Below are positions 12,607 through 27,203 of a DNA stretch of 64,000 bases, in pieces. This DNA is from Azolla caroliniana. Lineage: Eukaryota > Plantae > Polypodiophyta. How positions within the stretch are numbered: position 1 is the first letter of the stretch; every line of letters starts with the position of its first letter. Below the pieces are notes generated by a model that was not told where the DNA came from, searched no databases, and worked only from the letters and a program-made list of their open reading frames with translations. Where the stretch lies: NCBI GenBank assembly GCA_043228905.1, contig JBHGNT010000016.1:13330001-13394000 (forward strand). Reading direction: 5' to 3'. The position numbers and the translations under genes were made by a program.

Positions 12607-14819
12607 CTCACTCATCATTTATGTCAAAAGAACAAGAAGAAAAACATATGATTCTGATGGACTATTCAATAACACTCCTGGTATTTGTCATGTGTAATAA
12701 TAATTGTAAAAAGCTTGTTCCAATATTTTATCCATCAAAACGCTTTGATCTATTTGCACCCTCTAAGAAACATTGAATTGAATCTCCTTCCTCTTGTACA
12801 AAGCGTTTGTATACAGAAGTATTCTAACTATTTTTTGCCTTTCAATATAAGCGTGTGTGGCACTTTCAATATCAACGACTTTGTGTCTTCTTTATCCCTT
12901 TCCACTACCACCGTCATCAACCCTTTTGGACAACGCTTGGGATGGTGGTATAGCCAAGAGTCTGCACGCACGTGTATTAGATCAGGGATTCATTGAAATC
13001 AATGGAATTCATTATATTAAAGATCAAGTGTAAGACTAAAACAAAGGGAAATTTTTTGTGTTAACTCTAGAGGTTTAATCCAAATGGACACCCTAATGTG
13101 AAAGGGGATAATGTCTTTGTAAAAGAACCATAAAAGTAACTTTTGGACCTCTTTTGTTTGTCTTCTTGAACCTTGATTCCTCTCTTCTTCTTGTAATCTA
13201 TGTTAGAGCTAGTTCTCCTCTTTCTCATACTTTTTTATCAGGTGCCACTCTCTTATATATGTGTTGTAGGCATCTATTGCTAGAGCTTACTAACCCATTC
13301 ATGAGATTCTTAGTATTAACATTAATATTAACAAGACATGAATGAGTGTTTGTGAGATTAGGGTAAACCAAGTCCGTATCCTTGAACTTATGATAATAGC
13401 ATAGGGATACAACTTCGTCGGTATAAAGACTTGCACTTGCGCTCTCTGAGATCACCCTCTTACACATATTACACAAACACAAACACATTTCTTGACATTC
13501 ACATATACTATTACACTAAAAAACTGATATGAACACTCACAAAACCACATACAAACACAATAATATATACACATGTATATATATTTAGACATGACTACAT
13601 ACACTTACTGACATAAAATAATAAGTAAAACAATAAACGCGTATACATATATATACATACATGTATCATATTATATGAACATTTGTTTTCACTTGAACAA
13701 CTAAACACACATTTGCACATAAGCATTATACCCATGTACGTGTGCACATAAATGAAAAATAAAACAAGCTAGTGTATAAATGGGCTCTAAAATCCATAAT
13801 AAGGGCTATCATTCACCTAAACCCCACATTCTCAAGAAGGGTGGAACTGCGAGTGCTCCAAGTGGGATTTTATTCACCCCCAACCATTTTTCAAGAATGC
13901 CATTGTCTCTAGTTCAAGTTCTTAGTGGTTCAACTCAACATTCACACACGCACACACACAAATTTTAGCGACATCTCTGGTAGTCTATCAAGGAAAGAAT
14001 CATAGGAGAAGATGAATGGAGTACAAAATGGAGAATTTTTTGATGATGATCGAGCATGTGCTTCAGGAAAGACCCTATACGAGAAAAGTCCGTTAGTCTA
14101 TAGAGAGAATGGTGGTGGTGTCTCTTGCTATTTAGTTGCATTTAAGGAAGAAATGTACATGCAATGTATACTTGAAGGAAGACAATTGGCAAGCTTCGTA
14201 ACAATGGTGACGAAAAGAATCCAAAATTGAATTCTTAAAATACATGCTGGAAGATGGCACTGTCAGAGTGCATGCTAACCTATAAAAAGGGCATGAGTCC
14301 TGTATAAAGTCTTGTGTAGATTGAACGTTAATATATAAGAGTTTATGTATACAATACCCTTTTTGCTATTGATCAATGTTTCTTAATTCGTAACAAGTTT
14401 TGAATAGTTGTGATTATAAGCCGATTAGCACTATAGCCGAACCAAACTGTTTGTGTTTTGATTGACTCAGTTGTAGTGATCTATGTGTGATTAGAAAATA
14501 CTATTTGTTAAGTGTGATTTGTATGTTATTCCCATCCCTCCTACCATGATCTTTGCTAAAGGGTACTCAATGATTGAGTATTTGACCCGTGCTTTCTAGG
14601 GAGTAGTAGTGTAAAAAATATTGAATGGTGAACTCAATCAATAGACAAAGAACAATTTTTATTAAAAAACCAGGGATAACCCAATATTACATCAGTGGGT
14701 CAAAGATTCAATACATAGAAATCTACTTGTTCTACATAAGTATCAATCTAAATAGGCAATGCATGAATCGCCTCGTTGATGTATTGAAGTCTTTGATCAA
14801 AACCAAATGCACTTTATAA

Positions 14820-15960
14820 GCGAGATCACTTATGGTGGGTTGGATTCCAAATATCTAAACGAAACGATCATTCACAGAGTTATGTGAGCTTCCCGAATCA
14901 AATAAGAACTGTATTAGAGATCCATTGATATACCCGTATGCATGTAGTAAATTATTAGGTCCCAATACATAGTGAGGGAAAGAACATTTATAACTACTTA
15001 AATGATGTGTATAGACCTCAAGGACATCAATAATTTGACCTTTATGGTTTGCACCTTTTGTTTTGTTGTCATGCTCTTTGCATTGGAGCTTCCAACATTG
15101 CTCTTTTGTGTGACCCTTCTTTCTTTGCAAAACACGCAAAAAGGATTTTGTCGCATAAAATCGTGATCCATGAATTCATTGGGTATCTTGCATTTCCAAG
15201 CAAATTGTGACTGCTAAGTTCCGAACACTTCGGGTTTGTGATGATCCTTCTTCAAAGTGCATTGATAATGAAGGACTATTTCAACAGCCTCTTTGAAGGA
15301 TTTTGGGTCCTTATCAAGCACCATCCAATGATAGTCCAAATTGGGGAAGCCACTAACAAAACAAGCTATTAATTAATTGTCACCTTCTAGTTCCTATTTT
15401 TGAATTTGGGTATGGTGAACATAATCTTCCGGTGAGGAAAATTCCATCTAGAGAGGTTCATTAATGCTTGTGCTACCTCGGTGCGATATGGAGGTTGCAG
15501 AAATTGACCCTTGAAGACCTTAACAAAGTCTATCCAAGTATCTGGCAAATTCCCCATAGTGCGGAGCCCACGCCCCCAGGCAATGGCCTTATCCCCTAGT
15601 TCTTGACCGACATATTCAATGTTCGTACTATTTATCGTAGGATAGAGCTCAAAATGAGACTCCCTTAAGCCAAGCCATGTGTAGATTGCTTCTTCGGTTC
15701 TAACCTTTTTTGCTTAGACATGTAAATGGCTAAGTTGATGAAAAACAATGGTTCACCTTGATGCTCAGTTGGTTTATTAGTATCGCATTGCATATTAATA
15801 AACCATGTTTCTAGAGCACTACAAGATTCTCATAGTTTGGAAATCTCGTTAAGGAAATTTTGTATTTTTAAAAAATACGACTCAAGTGGGATTTCCTTAA
15901 GAGTATTTCCTTGAATTGCCTCCACTTGGGAGGAAGTCATCGGGTCATTATTATGAGCCA
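14820..15960 (-). mobile_element. Old Ty3/Gypsy gag-protease remnant
   Basis: Zinc-knuckle remnant GHTKEQCWKL and aspartic protease motif FLFDSGSSHN in ORF 14855-15139. Confidence 0.7.
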
Positions 15961-16388
15961 TAAGAATATAATGCCAGGCACAGAAATAGGATAGGGTTAG
16001 ATAAATAGCTATAACATTATTTCATGATGTAAAACTATCACAAGCAAAAATTAACAGATATCATTATCTCATGTCTATACCCCTTTGGACATATGAGATG
16101 AAGTTCAAGATCAGGTAACTATGATAACACAAAGGTGTTTTAAAAACCATGGGGGTGACAAATGGATGTCTTTCCGTGATCTTTATACCGATTTTTACAT
16201 GGAAGCTCCTCGAGGCTCGACCATATTTGTTCACGTCATGAATAGTTTATACACGAAAAAGGTTAACATGAAACTGTCTTTGTGCCCACCCATGTGGTTT
16301 CAGCTATTTAAGTCCTATTATGAGTACCCCGAAGTGCACTTAGACCTAAAGTCTAAACATGTTTTATAGTAATAAGCATCCATAATGT

Positions 16389-16697
16389 CGTTGAGAATCA
16401 AACTTAACTTCCCTAATGTGGGAACACCTTAGGAATACCCAAGTGTGTGAACTTCCCTAACTAATGTGTCATAGAAGTTAAGTCCTATGACATATATGTA
16501 ATTGTAGGTAGGTAATTCCCCAACTTTTTCTCAGGAGGCAGTTGCAATGAGAGAACATAGAGAGAAGGTGACTACATAAGCACCTTCTCATCCTCTTTGT
16601 ATTTGTTGGAGCATTTTGCTATTCTTGTTAATACAGTTTTACTATTCTTTGTATACTCTATGTTGTCTCTCTCTCTGTCTCTCTCTTTCTCTCTCTA

Positions 16698-16749
<52 letters not shown>

Positions 16750-16995
16750 CTCTTCCACTGCATAGAATCACACCTGATTCTTTACATGGTATCAGAGCGA
16801 TTGGTAGCTTGATCCAAGTCCATCTGCGTGTGTTGTGCCTATATCGATGTTCACGAAGAACCAACTGATCACTGTAGTAGAGATCATGCATAGTTTGTAT
16901 CGTAGAGAAGAAGAAGAAGAAAACTCGCTCCAAACAAGTTTACAATCATGAATACTCAGATGGGAAATGCTCTTCCTACTAAGAAACTCAATACA
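16389..16995 (+). mobile_element. Truncated copia: 5' LTR (16389-16786), PBS and gag start
   Basis: LTR start CGTTGAGAATCAAACTTAAC resembles family start TGTTGAGAATCAAGCTCAAC; (CT)n/(CA)n tract; PBS TGGTATCAGAGC at 16787-16798 (tRNA-iMet); gag start MNTQMGNALPTKKLN. Confidence 0.85.
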
Positions 16996-17439
16996 ATGTT
17001 TATCCTAGGATGGACTTAGCCACAAACACAAGGTATCCCTTTCTGGAATATGTATCCAAAGGGGTGGTCGGAGAGATGGATTTAACGTTCCTCGCTTATG
17101 CACTTATCTGGTTACGACCGGAATACATGTATCGTATTTGACACTCAATTACACACGTAAGATAAGAAGATATAGGCAAAGACGGAAAGTACACAAGATA
17201 GACAACAAGATAGACAATCAACAACTATATTACTCGCATTCCTTCTGTAATTCTTACATCAATCCGGATCCACAATTTGGCCCAGTGAGACAAAATTCTC
17301 CGTGATCGTCGGTACATGCAAGGCGCTTTTGATACAAGTTTGTTCGCCATCTTTCCCGAATGGGACATTGCCGACATGCGGAATGGAGTAAGTGGTATCT
17401 TCTCTAGTCTCGACATACCTGGGTTGATCTTGCTTTCAT

Positions 17440-19003
17440 AGGTCTTAGAACTATTCTTGATGAAACATCATATGGTTTGACACGCCAAAGTCGACAAACC
17501 ACACGTCTTCGGAATTAGAGGTTTGGTCGAGCCGGGGGCCGACATAGAGTTCGCTCTATATCTCATTATGAACAATCAACCATAGTTGTCCTATTCAGAG
17601 TTAGTGGCATAATTTGTGATTTGCCAGCTTCTTTCAACACTCCTCTTCTTCTTTCAACACTCCTCTTCATGGTGGCCGATTTTGCCACAATATCCGCATT
17701 TGATGAGGTTGTTTTGGTGGCTTGGTTCGGCATGGAAGCTCCCACTTCTTTCAAACATTCCTCTTGAGTTTCCATTGTCTTCTAGATAACGGGAGTTGTT
17801 TTCATAGATCAAACCTCGTTCGCCTTGTCCTTGGCCGAATCAGCCTCTTCTTGCACAGTCACGCCCTCTTCCTCCATCTGAGTGTGAGTAGAGCACATGG
17901 CCTTCAAAGGTGTTGCTCTTGGTTCGAACATGGTTTTCTTCAACCAACAACATTGATTGAAGATCGAAGAAAGTGGAAGGATTCTCTCTTGCTAGGATGC
18001 CGGTTCTCATCGCGTTGAACCGTGGTGGGAGGCCGCCTACAAATATTTGCACCATCTCATCATCCTCCACATTCACGGTTATTGAGCCAAGTGAATCATA
18101 AAGTTCCTTGATCTTAAATGTGTAGCTTGTGATACATATGTCAACTCTTGGCGGAGTTGAAGCTTTCATGTCATCGTATTAGCGGCGAATATTTTCTTGC
18201 GATTCTCCCAAGCTTCTTTCAGTGTCTTGGCTTCTCAAATGTAGCTACACATGTGGTCATGGACACACGTCGCCAAGCAATACGTCATTCGGCATACGTT
18301 GGGTTGGTTTTATTTTCTTGTGCTCCTTTGATGTAGCTCCAATAACCTTGGCTAACAAAGTAAATTGGTGCATCTTGTATTCACAAGATGAAAAGTTGTT
18401 TCGGTCCAACATCTCATGAGTGTTCATGATGTCAATAAAGATTTTCTTCTTCTTCTTCTTCCTTAGATACAAGCTAGGTAGCAGCACTACGATAACGATG
18501 AGCCAATTCTTCTTGAACGTCGACGTAGAACACAACACACGTGGATGGGCTAGATCGAACTACCAACATGCTCTGATACCCTGTGAATAATTAACTAGAG
18601 TAATTATGTTATGCAGAATAGATTAGATGTGTGTTTGTGAGTGTGACGAAGAGAGACAAGATAGATAGGAGATAATGGCTGAAATGTATATGAACAAGGA
18701 ATAAGAAAATAAACTAGTAACAACCAAGTAAAAAGGAAGGAGGGGAGTGTTTTATATAAAGTCGCCCTCTATCTATATTCTCTCTCTATGTTCTCTGTCT
18801 AAAACACCCACTCTCTCTTCTAGCAACTATAGAACCTCATGTGTCATGGGGAATGTGGGAAGTCATTAGTTATGTGACATAGAATATGATCATGACACAT
18901 AATTAATGTTAGAAGGTAACGGTGACCTTTGACTCTTGAGTGTACATATATTCTCAAAAAAGATATGCTCACACAATAGAATTAGGTTCAATTTGATTCT
19001 CAC
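17440..19003 (-). mobile_element. Truncated copia: LTR (about 18582-19003), PBS, gag and protease
   Basis: PBS complement GCTCTGATACC at 18570-18580; gag motifs LDRNNFSSCEYKMHQ and KIKELYDSLGSITVNVEDDEMVQ. Confidence 0.85.
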
Positions 19004-19449
19004 AAATTCGATAAAATGTTGTCGAAATCTTTTACATATCGTTGTAGAAAATATACATTCAAGAGTTATTTGCATCAATGTGATCACTCCTTTCCTAAGA
19101 ATCACAACTATAGCTAATATACCATTATGACTCTTTCTCCTCATTTTCAATGTACCAATCAAAGAATTGTCTTCATCTAAAACCAAATGATGTATCCAAA
19201 TTATGTGCACTAAATCTTGTTCTCCTTTAATTTGACACACCATCTAGACTTGGTAATTTCTCTTTTATTATGTCTATCGTTGTTTTCCTTAAACCTCCAA
19301 CTTTTGTCAATGTAACATCATACACAATGATATCCCCCTAAGTTCAGCTTGTTTTGCCATCCTTGGTCCTAGATAAAATTTTCTTTGTTGTCAATGGACC
19401 ACCACGAGGATATTGTGTAGACAATGTAAACGATATTTGCAACTTCCAA

Positions 19450-20160
19450 TTACCATTAGTACAATTCCATACAATGTAACGAATTCATGTTTAAAGTTTT
19501 TTTTTTGGGAATAAACACTTTAAACATGAACTCTATTTTATTTTTCCCCCCACCAAAAAATCTTTAAACATGAATTCATTACATTGTATCGAATTGTGAT
19601 GAAAACTCCTATTTTTAATATCAACTTTATATAATGTATCGAGTTCATGTTTAACTTTTTTTTTACCCCACAAAAAAAGAACTTTAAACATGAATTCGAT
19701 ACATTGTATTGAATTATACTAAAATCTCTGTTTTTAACATCAACTTGATACATTATATTGAATTGTTCTGAAATCTCTATTTCTAACATCAACTCGATAT
19801 ATTGTATCACATTCTACAACGAAGTCTTTGTTTTAAATTGAAATTCGATACAATGTATCAAGTTGGACCACAACATTATAGTTTTAAATTGAAACTTGAT
19901 ACAAAGTATCGAGCTGGAAAAAAAAAACTTTAAACATAAACTCGATACAAAGTATCGAGTTGTACTGCAAAAATTTCTGTTTTAAATGGAAACTTGATAC
20001 AAAGTATCGAGTTCAAATACTTTGTATACTTTGTATCGAGTTGGTTATTAAAATTATTGTTTTTTGAGGCAACTAAATACTTTGTATCTAGTTACACAAG
20101 GATAACAACTTTTTATACTATTTTAAATGAAAGCAAGATACTTTGTATTGACTTTTTGTA
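19450..20160. repeat. Array of degenerate palindromes AACTCGATAC-WWW-GTATCGAGTT
   Basis: More than ten imperfect copies separated by A/T tracts, e.g. AACTCGATACAAAGTATCGAGTT at about 19939-19962. Confidence 0.8.
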
Positions 20161-22769
20161 AAACACATCTCCCTCATCATGTGCATGTGGTACTTTATAA
20201 AGATAAAAGAATAAATTGTGTACTTTCACAAATAATCTCTATTTTTGTGATGAATTGCTAGTTTTTTCCAAGATTTTCTATCAGAATCGCTTTCTCTCAG
20301 TGTTTTTACTACACTATTTAGTGTTTGTTTCACATATTATTTGCCAAAAATTCATTAATTTTTGGCACGTTTCACATCTTCGAGCCCCTTTTTGGCATTT
20401 AAAACCATTTTTTGGAGTTAATCTATTTTTAAACATATAAGTTATTAGAAATTACTTGTTGACTCATATAATTGAGTTTCTCTGTATTTTTCGATCTTGC
20501 CACTACAAGGTGAACTGAAAATTAGGATGAGCATACAACCAAGAAAATACGTTTGAAATATCAAGACTCGCCTTTAGAATCTACTCAATATCAAGAAGCC
20601 AGAGAGCAACAAAATATTTTTCAACAATGATATACCGAGACATTGATAGTAAGAAACCAAGAGAAGTTAAAGATATTCATGATTTTCCTACATCATTTCT
20701 TGCACATCTTCAAAGAGCTCGGAAAGAAAAGGACCAACGTTTAATGAAGACATATGGTGTAGACGATGATGCCACTTTTACAAAATATAGCCACAAAAAG
20801 GATATTACCCGAGATTTATACTATAATGTCTATTGTGGTGATGTGGTTGAGATGATACACATATTGCTCACGAAGGAATACATATTATTGATTGATGACA
20901 TACCATACTGATTTCGCATGGTTGGATTAATTTCAAACAACTTAAGAAGATGGTGAAAGATTTCACACAATTGATAACAACATCCTTATGGAGAATTGTC
21001 ATATTCTATAGCATGGACCAAGGATACTCTGTAGCACAAGCCTTGAGATCTCGTTGCCATGGGATAGAAAATGTTGGTTGGTAAGGAATATTGATCTTAC
21101 ATGGAGAATTTTGATTTGCCCATCAATACATTCTAGTTAATATTGATATTTCTCATTTGAAATGTTCTCCAACGAAGGAGATTGGATACTAGATTTGTTG
21201 TCCGGCTCAGGAAATTTATTATTATAACTTTGTTTCCTATGCCTTTAGAAATCAATATAGTTTATGTTTCGATAAAGCAATTAATAGGTTCTAGATCTGC
21301 ATCTCCATTGAAGCTATTCAAAAATACTGTTGCACTTGAAAATAATGATGAGCAAATGAGTTTCATTAACATGAGGATTAAAGTTTTAACGTTTTCAACC
21401 TACATCTCATCAACTTGTTCCTCCATTAGTTGGTGAACCTAGGGAGCTTATTGATTTGACAACTAACTAGTAGAGGACTTAACCATTGCTAGCTTATGTA
21501 GATTAGAATCTACTACTGCATAAATTTTGGAGGAGAGTTCTCAAAAAGAAGAAGAGAAGACCAATGTGGATACCCTGATAACTATGTGATATGTTCCAAT
21601 TGTATATTAATGTTCACGTCTAGGTTTGACAGTTTTGATAGTTTATGAATATTGTCTACATTTTTGGTGTGAATTTATGGATGTTGATGAGCATTAAATT
21701 TATATATGTTGATGACATTAACCATTATGATTTTCTTTAAGTTAACGACATTTCATATTTGCAAACCATCAATTTTGAAACATTTATAGTAAAACTATTC
21801 AATTTTAGAATTATGATACTAGTGTATCAAGTTTCTCAAAATTGCCTAAAATTGCTTGATTATAAAAGTAATCTACAAGTGGAATGCGCGATCCTTCCAC
21901 TTGTGAACACGAACGTGTTTATAAGTAAACATAAAAAAATTAATAATAATAAGGTAAATGGCCTAATGGTTAAGGGCCAAGATTATGGATTGTGGAAGAA
22001 AAATTGAAACCTTTGAAGCCTCACATGTGTATATGTGGGAATTATCTACCTTTTTTGCATTTTAATGAAGAGTGGGGTAGGTGTGTATTTAGTATAGAGG
22101 GCGGGTATCCCATCTCAGTTTAAAAAGGGAGGATTGGGCTTATTTTGGGGTTCGATTATTGTGTTGGTTTTGGTTATTTTGGGAGAGCTTGTGAGCTACT
22201 TCTTCTTCTACTACTTTCTCTTGGATTGTAGGATTTGGATAGTCTCTTTACCCACTCTAGGGTTTTCTTCTCTCCCCTTCCTTTTAGAGTTTTTGGAGGT
22301 GTTATGTGTTAGAGTGGATAGTGGGCCACTTCTCTTCTCCTTCTACTTAGTTATTTTGTGGGGGTTGGGCTAGTTCGTGAAAAAGGGATCTCACAATGGG
22401 GAATATTTTTGAAAAGATTTGTTGAGCGCTAGTTGGAATCCATATGCGCCCATTGATAGTCTCAATCCAAAAAGTTTTCACTTGGCGTAAAAGGTCTCAA
22501 TCCCTAGGATCAAAAGTAATCCTCCCTTCTTTATATTCTCGATTAGCCCTCATACATTTATCCTCTTGTGTAGAAAAGATTGTTCAAACTACCATGGGTT
22601 AAGTTATGATTATATACACAATTGACCCTTGTTTAGTAACTCCATCAAGGAAAAATACCAAAAAGACATTGGCACTGAAATACATATGAAACTCTAAACT
22701 GGTATGCACACATAATGGTGTTGTGAAGAAATTGCTTCACAATCAGAAAATAAACTTGAATATTGTATT

Positions 22770-23010
22770 GAGTAAGATTTGAGAGACTTGAACCCATAAC
22801 CTTACACACCAAGTACTAAGTATATACCATTAGAATAAGTTATATTCTATAATTAAATTTTTATTATCATACTTACAACATGAGCTTAGAGGAGCATGAT
22901 GGCTATCATGCATCACATGTAACGCATGTGCGCCACATGGCAATCATGCATCACATGCACCCTCATATCATCATATGCATGATAGAACCTATAAAGAGAG
23001 GCAAGGAATC
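22770..23010 (+). mobile_element. Highly diverged remnant of the CATG-rich Gypsy LTR
   Basis: CATGCATCACATG...CCCTCATATCATCATATGCATGA..CTATAAA resembles 8570-8650 and 39850-39912. Confidence 0.5.
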
Positions 23011-24989
23011 AAGATAAAATAAAAAAATTATAGATCTACGATCCTTTTTTGAACACCTTTAACCTTAGTCCCTATGACCTCGCCGTATGAACCACAACTA
23101 CCCTGACAACATAGGTGAGGGTAGGTCACTAATATTTAAATAATTGAAGGATATGTTCACTAATGTAGCAAGGGACTAATGTGATTGGATAGAAGGAATG
23201 ATAGGTTTATGCACAATCATGACCTTGAAATGAATGCAAAGTCTTTTAGAAAGGCACATCCATTCAAGGGGCCTGGGAAGAGGTAAAAATATTATGCATA
23301 GCTACCCTCATAGAAGAATACATTAGAAGGTTTCCATCTTAAGACATCGGTGATGAGGGCTAGGCTTTTGTCACTACAATCATGTTATCTCTTCCATCGT
23401 ATTAGTCATCCTAATATCCGTCAGTACGAAACGTCGGTGGTAGGTTGGCTATGCCTTGATCATAGCTCGGGGGTGGTTGGATGGAACTAGTTCTTCTATC
23501 CAATATATTTACCTTTCTTTTACTTTAATTGGTCTATTGTTTATTAATAGACTCTTAACAATGGTATGAGAGCGTTTACAAACAAATTGTTTTGTGTTTT
23601 TTGATGTTTTTTGTGTGAGGGATGAGGATTTAACATGGCTAGTCATGCTCTTCTCAACATTAAAACAACATTCCAAGCCCGATATTTTTTCTTTCTCAAA
23701 CTCTCTCTTCTTTCCTATGATGCGTTATTCTTGGTCGACTGAAATTTGTATAACGATTTCTTTACTTCTTTATACTTTGCATTTACATGTCATGTTTTGT
23801 ATTGTGTATGATGATACCTAGAATAATAATTATTGTTATGCATGGGGTCAAGTGTGTTTGCACTAATTGCACATGCTCAACTAATGGCCCTTTTGCTTAT
23901 TGCGTTGTGTATGCCACTCTTCTATCTATTGAGCCAATTCTATAGGATGTAATGGTCTTGACGAGGTGCATGTAGACTACCATGAGGCTTCTTATCTTAG
24001 GGCATGCTTAATGTTTCATACACCTATTTTATTATTATTATTATTTTCTAATTACTCAATTCCACTTTCTTAAGCTTTTCTTGTAATTGCCATCTACCCA
24101 TCCAGACTAAACTCTCTTTCATTTTGACCCTTAATTTTCATGTTTCATCTACACTACTCACGTGTGTTTACCTAGGGTGTAACAATTCGTGTAGACTATT
24201 TTATTTGTATTTAGTGGGCATCATACCACTTTTTAAACACATTTTCCAAATTGTCATCTAGGTGAACTCAAGTAATCGAGCCTTAGAACTCGATTCAAAA
24301 AACATGAGTTCACCTATAATGTTTTTTCCCATATAATTGAGTATTCCATCATTGTGCACAAAAACACCACCATTCGTATCAATTTGTGTACATAATTATG
24401 TACATCACCATCAAATATATGGATGGATATCTGCATACATCTTATCCTGAATTGATTTATGGCATATTTTTTAGTAGCTACCACATGGTATTTTAAAAAT
24501 ATTTTTCGTCATTTCTTGTCTCAGATAGGTAGTGACTTATTTTTACCTCCTTATTCATAAAAAACATTTTTGTTTAACTCTCATAACTACAATATTACAT
24601 GAGAGCTCACTTGTTTTTGCATGTAATACGCTTTCTCGATGATACCCATACATGATGGGTTTGCAATTTAAAATAAGGCTAACTAGAAAATTATGTTGAT
24701 GCTAGAACCATGGTTGAGCTTCAGGGAGCCACAATGATTATTCTATATAAAGATCCGGGAAAAACATCTAAGTAGTTATGTTTTCCCCCATGGTTTATAA
24801 AACTTCATAATGTTATCATAGTTATCGGATCTCGAATCACATATTGTATGTTTACCAGAGCCAAACCTGGACCTCCAAGCCAACATTTTTTTTGCAGCTT
24901 TTGATGGTTCTCCTTGACTTTGCTCCATTCTCGGCACCCGAGTTTTGATGCCGCCGACAATGGGGAAGAGTTCAAATCTGAAGATTTCG

Positions 24990-26175
24990 TTAGATTTTGC
25001 CGACAACGTGGCATACAACGTCAATATACCGTACGCTGAATCGAACTATTCAAGAAAGGATAGTTTCCATCCTCCAACACTTCGGACTATCAGACGGCTT
25101 CTGGTTGGAGGCCCTACTAACGGCAGTACACATAATCAATATGTCACTGAGTAGGCCTCTAGGACTTAAGCTACCTCAGGAATTATGGACCCGTAGTAAA
25201 CCGAATTACGACAAGCTGAGGATCTTCAGGTGCAAGGCATACACACTCATACTGAAATATGATCGCCGCAAACTTGCACCAAGGTTTAAGAAATGTATTT
25301 TCCTCGATTATGGACTAGATGGTGAAATCGGATAGCGACTCTGGGACCCCCTAGCATAGACAAATCGTCCGAAGTTCGGATGTAGAGTTCAATGAGTCAG
25401 TCATGCATTAATCGGCTAAAAAGCCGATCAAAGTTTGAAGGGTAATTTTCTCGGATGTGCCAACCCTTCACGACGGCCCAATACACAACACAAGGTCGGA
25501 TTCACGGGTAGCCGAAACCTCTAGTACCGACTCAATAGCGTTTGACACGACACAACCGAACCACTTGGGTTTAGACCATCCGACATCGATACCCGACGCA
25601 GCCAGTCCAATTATACGTCTAAGATCCGAGCGACTATCACAACCCCCAGAGAGATACTCTCATGGTATCTTCTCTACGGACGCCGGAGAACCGATGTCAT
25701 ACGAAGAAGCATCAACATCTACCGATTCGGCCACCTTGCATCTAGCAATGGAGTCTAAGATGAACTCCATTCGAGCAAACCAAACTTGGGACTTGGTCGA
25801 GCTCCCGAAGAATCGTCGGGCTCTATTGAGTCAAAGAGACGTTTGAATCGGCCACCCCAAAATTCAAGGCCAGACTAGTAGCTAAGGGTTTTTGCTAGGA
25901 ATATGATGTTGATTTCGACGAAATCATTTCACCAATGGTGAAAATGACAACCCTTAGACTGATGCTCAGCGTTGTGGCAGCCGAGGACTTTGAGCTGATT
26001 TACCTAGATGTCAAAACGACATTCCTCCATGGTGACCTAGAGGAGGAAATTTGTATGAAGTAGTCAAAAGGCTTCGTGGCACTGGACCAGGAACATCTAG
26101 TCTGTCGACTCAAGAAGAGTCTATCCGGCCTAAAACAGGGACCAAGATAGTGGAATAAGAAGTTCGATGAATATT
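24990..26175 (+). mobile_element. Copia integrase-RT remnant from a different lineage
   Basis: FWLEALLTAVHIIN...KLAPRFKKCIFL (integrase); EPMSYEEA...NQTWDLVELP and TFLHGDLEEEI (RT); multiple stops. Confidence 0.85.
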
Positions 26176-27203
26176 TCCTTCTAAGAAAGCATTTTCGTGA
26201 CACATTACGGCCCTACATACTCATATTATTATTTTATTCTCTATCTAGATGTTGGTGGAGGAGAACACTGGACGAAGAGAAGGGTGGTAGGGAAAAATGT
26301 TTGAGGGGAAGGTTTGGGTTCACCAAATTTTGTTGCATCGGTTGCTAACGTTACACCGAATAACCAAGATTTAAATGAAGGGTAGATAGTAGAAGTAAAG
26401 TGATGGTTCAAGGTATTACGTGGAATAGAGGACGAAGAAGATGAATTGGTCATTGTTTTGAATAATTGATTGTACAATGAGTGTCAACTCACTTTCCAAT
26501 AAGTTAGGTACAGTTTGTTCCTGTATCAATTGGGTCATCCACAGTTGTTAAAAAAGGCGTATTCTACTCTTAGAAATACGTTTTAGAATACTCTAAATTA
26601 TTCTACACGTATTCTTCATTTTCGAGCTGCCATTTTATAAATTTTCACGTTGTCTAAGAATTTCAGGTACATATTTAACAATTCAAAAATGTTTAAAGTT
26701 TTTTAAAATTATTTTTTCTGAAAAGAAAACTTTAAAATTCAAGAAGTATTTTACACATGTAGAATATTCAAAGTATTTGAAGTTTTCTGCACATATTCTA
26801 AGTATTTATCGTATTCTATGTGAGTAAATTTTTAACAAAAGGTTGAGTACTTTGCATTCGTACTCTAAATGCATTGATTAGCATTACCTAAATGCCATGA
26901 AAGAAGCCTCCAAAATTTAAGAGTGACAACCTGAACTCACATTTTCGGTTCGTTAGAATTTATAGTGTTTTTGTCTTTAATTTGGGGGAAATGGTTTTCA
27001 AGCATCTTCACCAGATGATCTGGTAAGTAGAATGTCATCCACCCAATGTCTTTTATCTGTTTTGGGCTAATGATTTCTACCGCATGTGCTTGCTTAATCT
27101 ATGGGAGAGCAAGTCCTTCTTCTCCTCCCCAAGTATGTATTTATCCGATCCGTCAAGACAGACACACACCATTGATAGGGGATTACTACCTCTGCACTCA
27201 GCC

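Noticed and set aside
16665-16750. (CT)n/(CA)n microsatellite ORFs (THTHTH, VCVCVC)
   Set aside because: Low-complexity part of the copia LTR; spurious translation
16389-19003. Single foldback element formed by inverted LTRs
   Set aside because: Two divergent truncated copia copies in opposite orientation, with no TSD found
19450-20160. CRISPR-like array of palindromic repeats
   Set aside because: Repeats are degenerate, spacers are A/T-rich and related to each other, there are no cas genes, and the context is a plant nuclear genome
21955-22025. Second tRNA/SINE-like head (TGGCCTAATGG)
   Set aside because: A-box-like only; no convincing B box or cloverleaf
23130-23575. Possible LTR ending in CAA-TGGTATGAGAGC (PBS-like)
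   Set aside because: No partner LTR, TSD or coding region recognisable, so boundaries cannot be supported
27084-27203. Longer N-terminus for RLK2 from the ORF track
   Set aside because: Starts at a non-ATG codon and is not conserved in frame; the CCATGG context at 27204 is shared by all three paralogs
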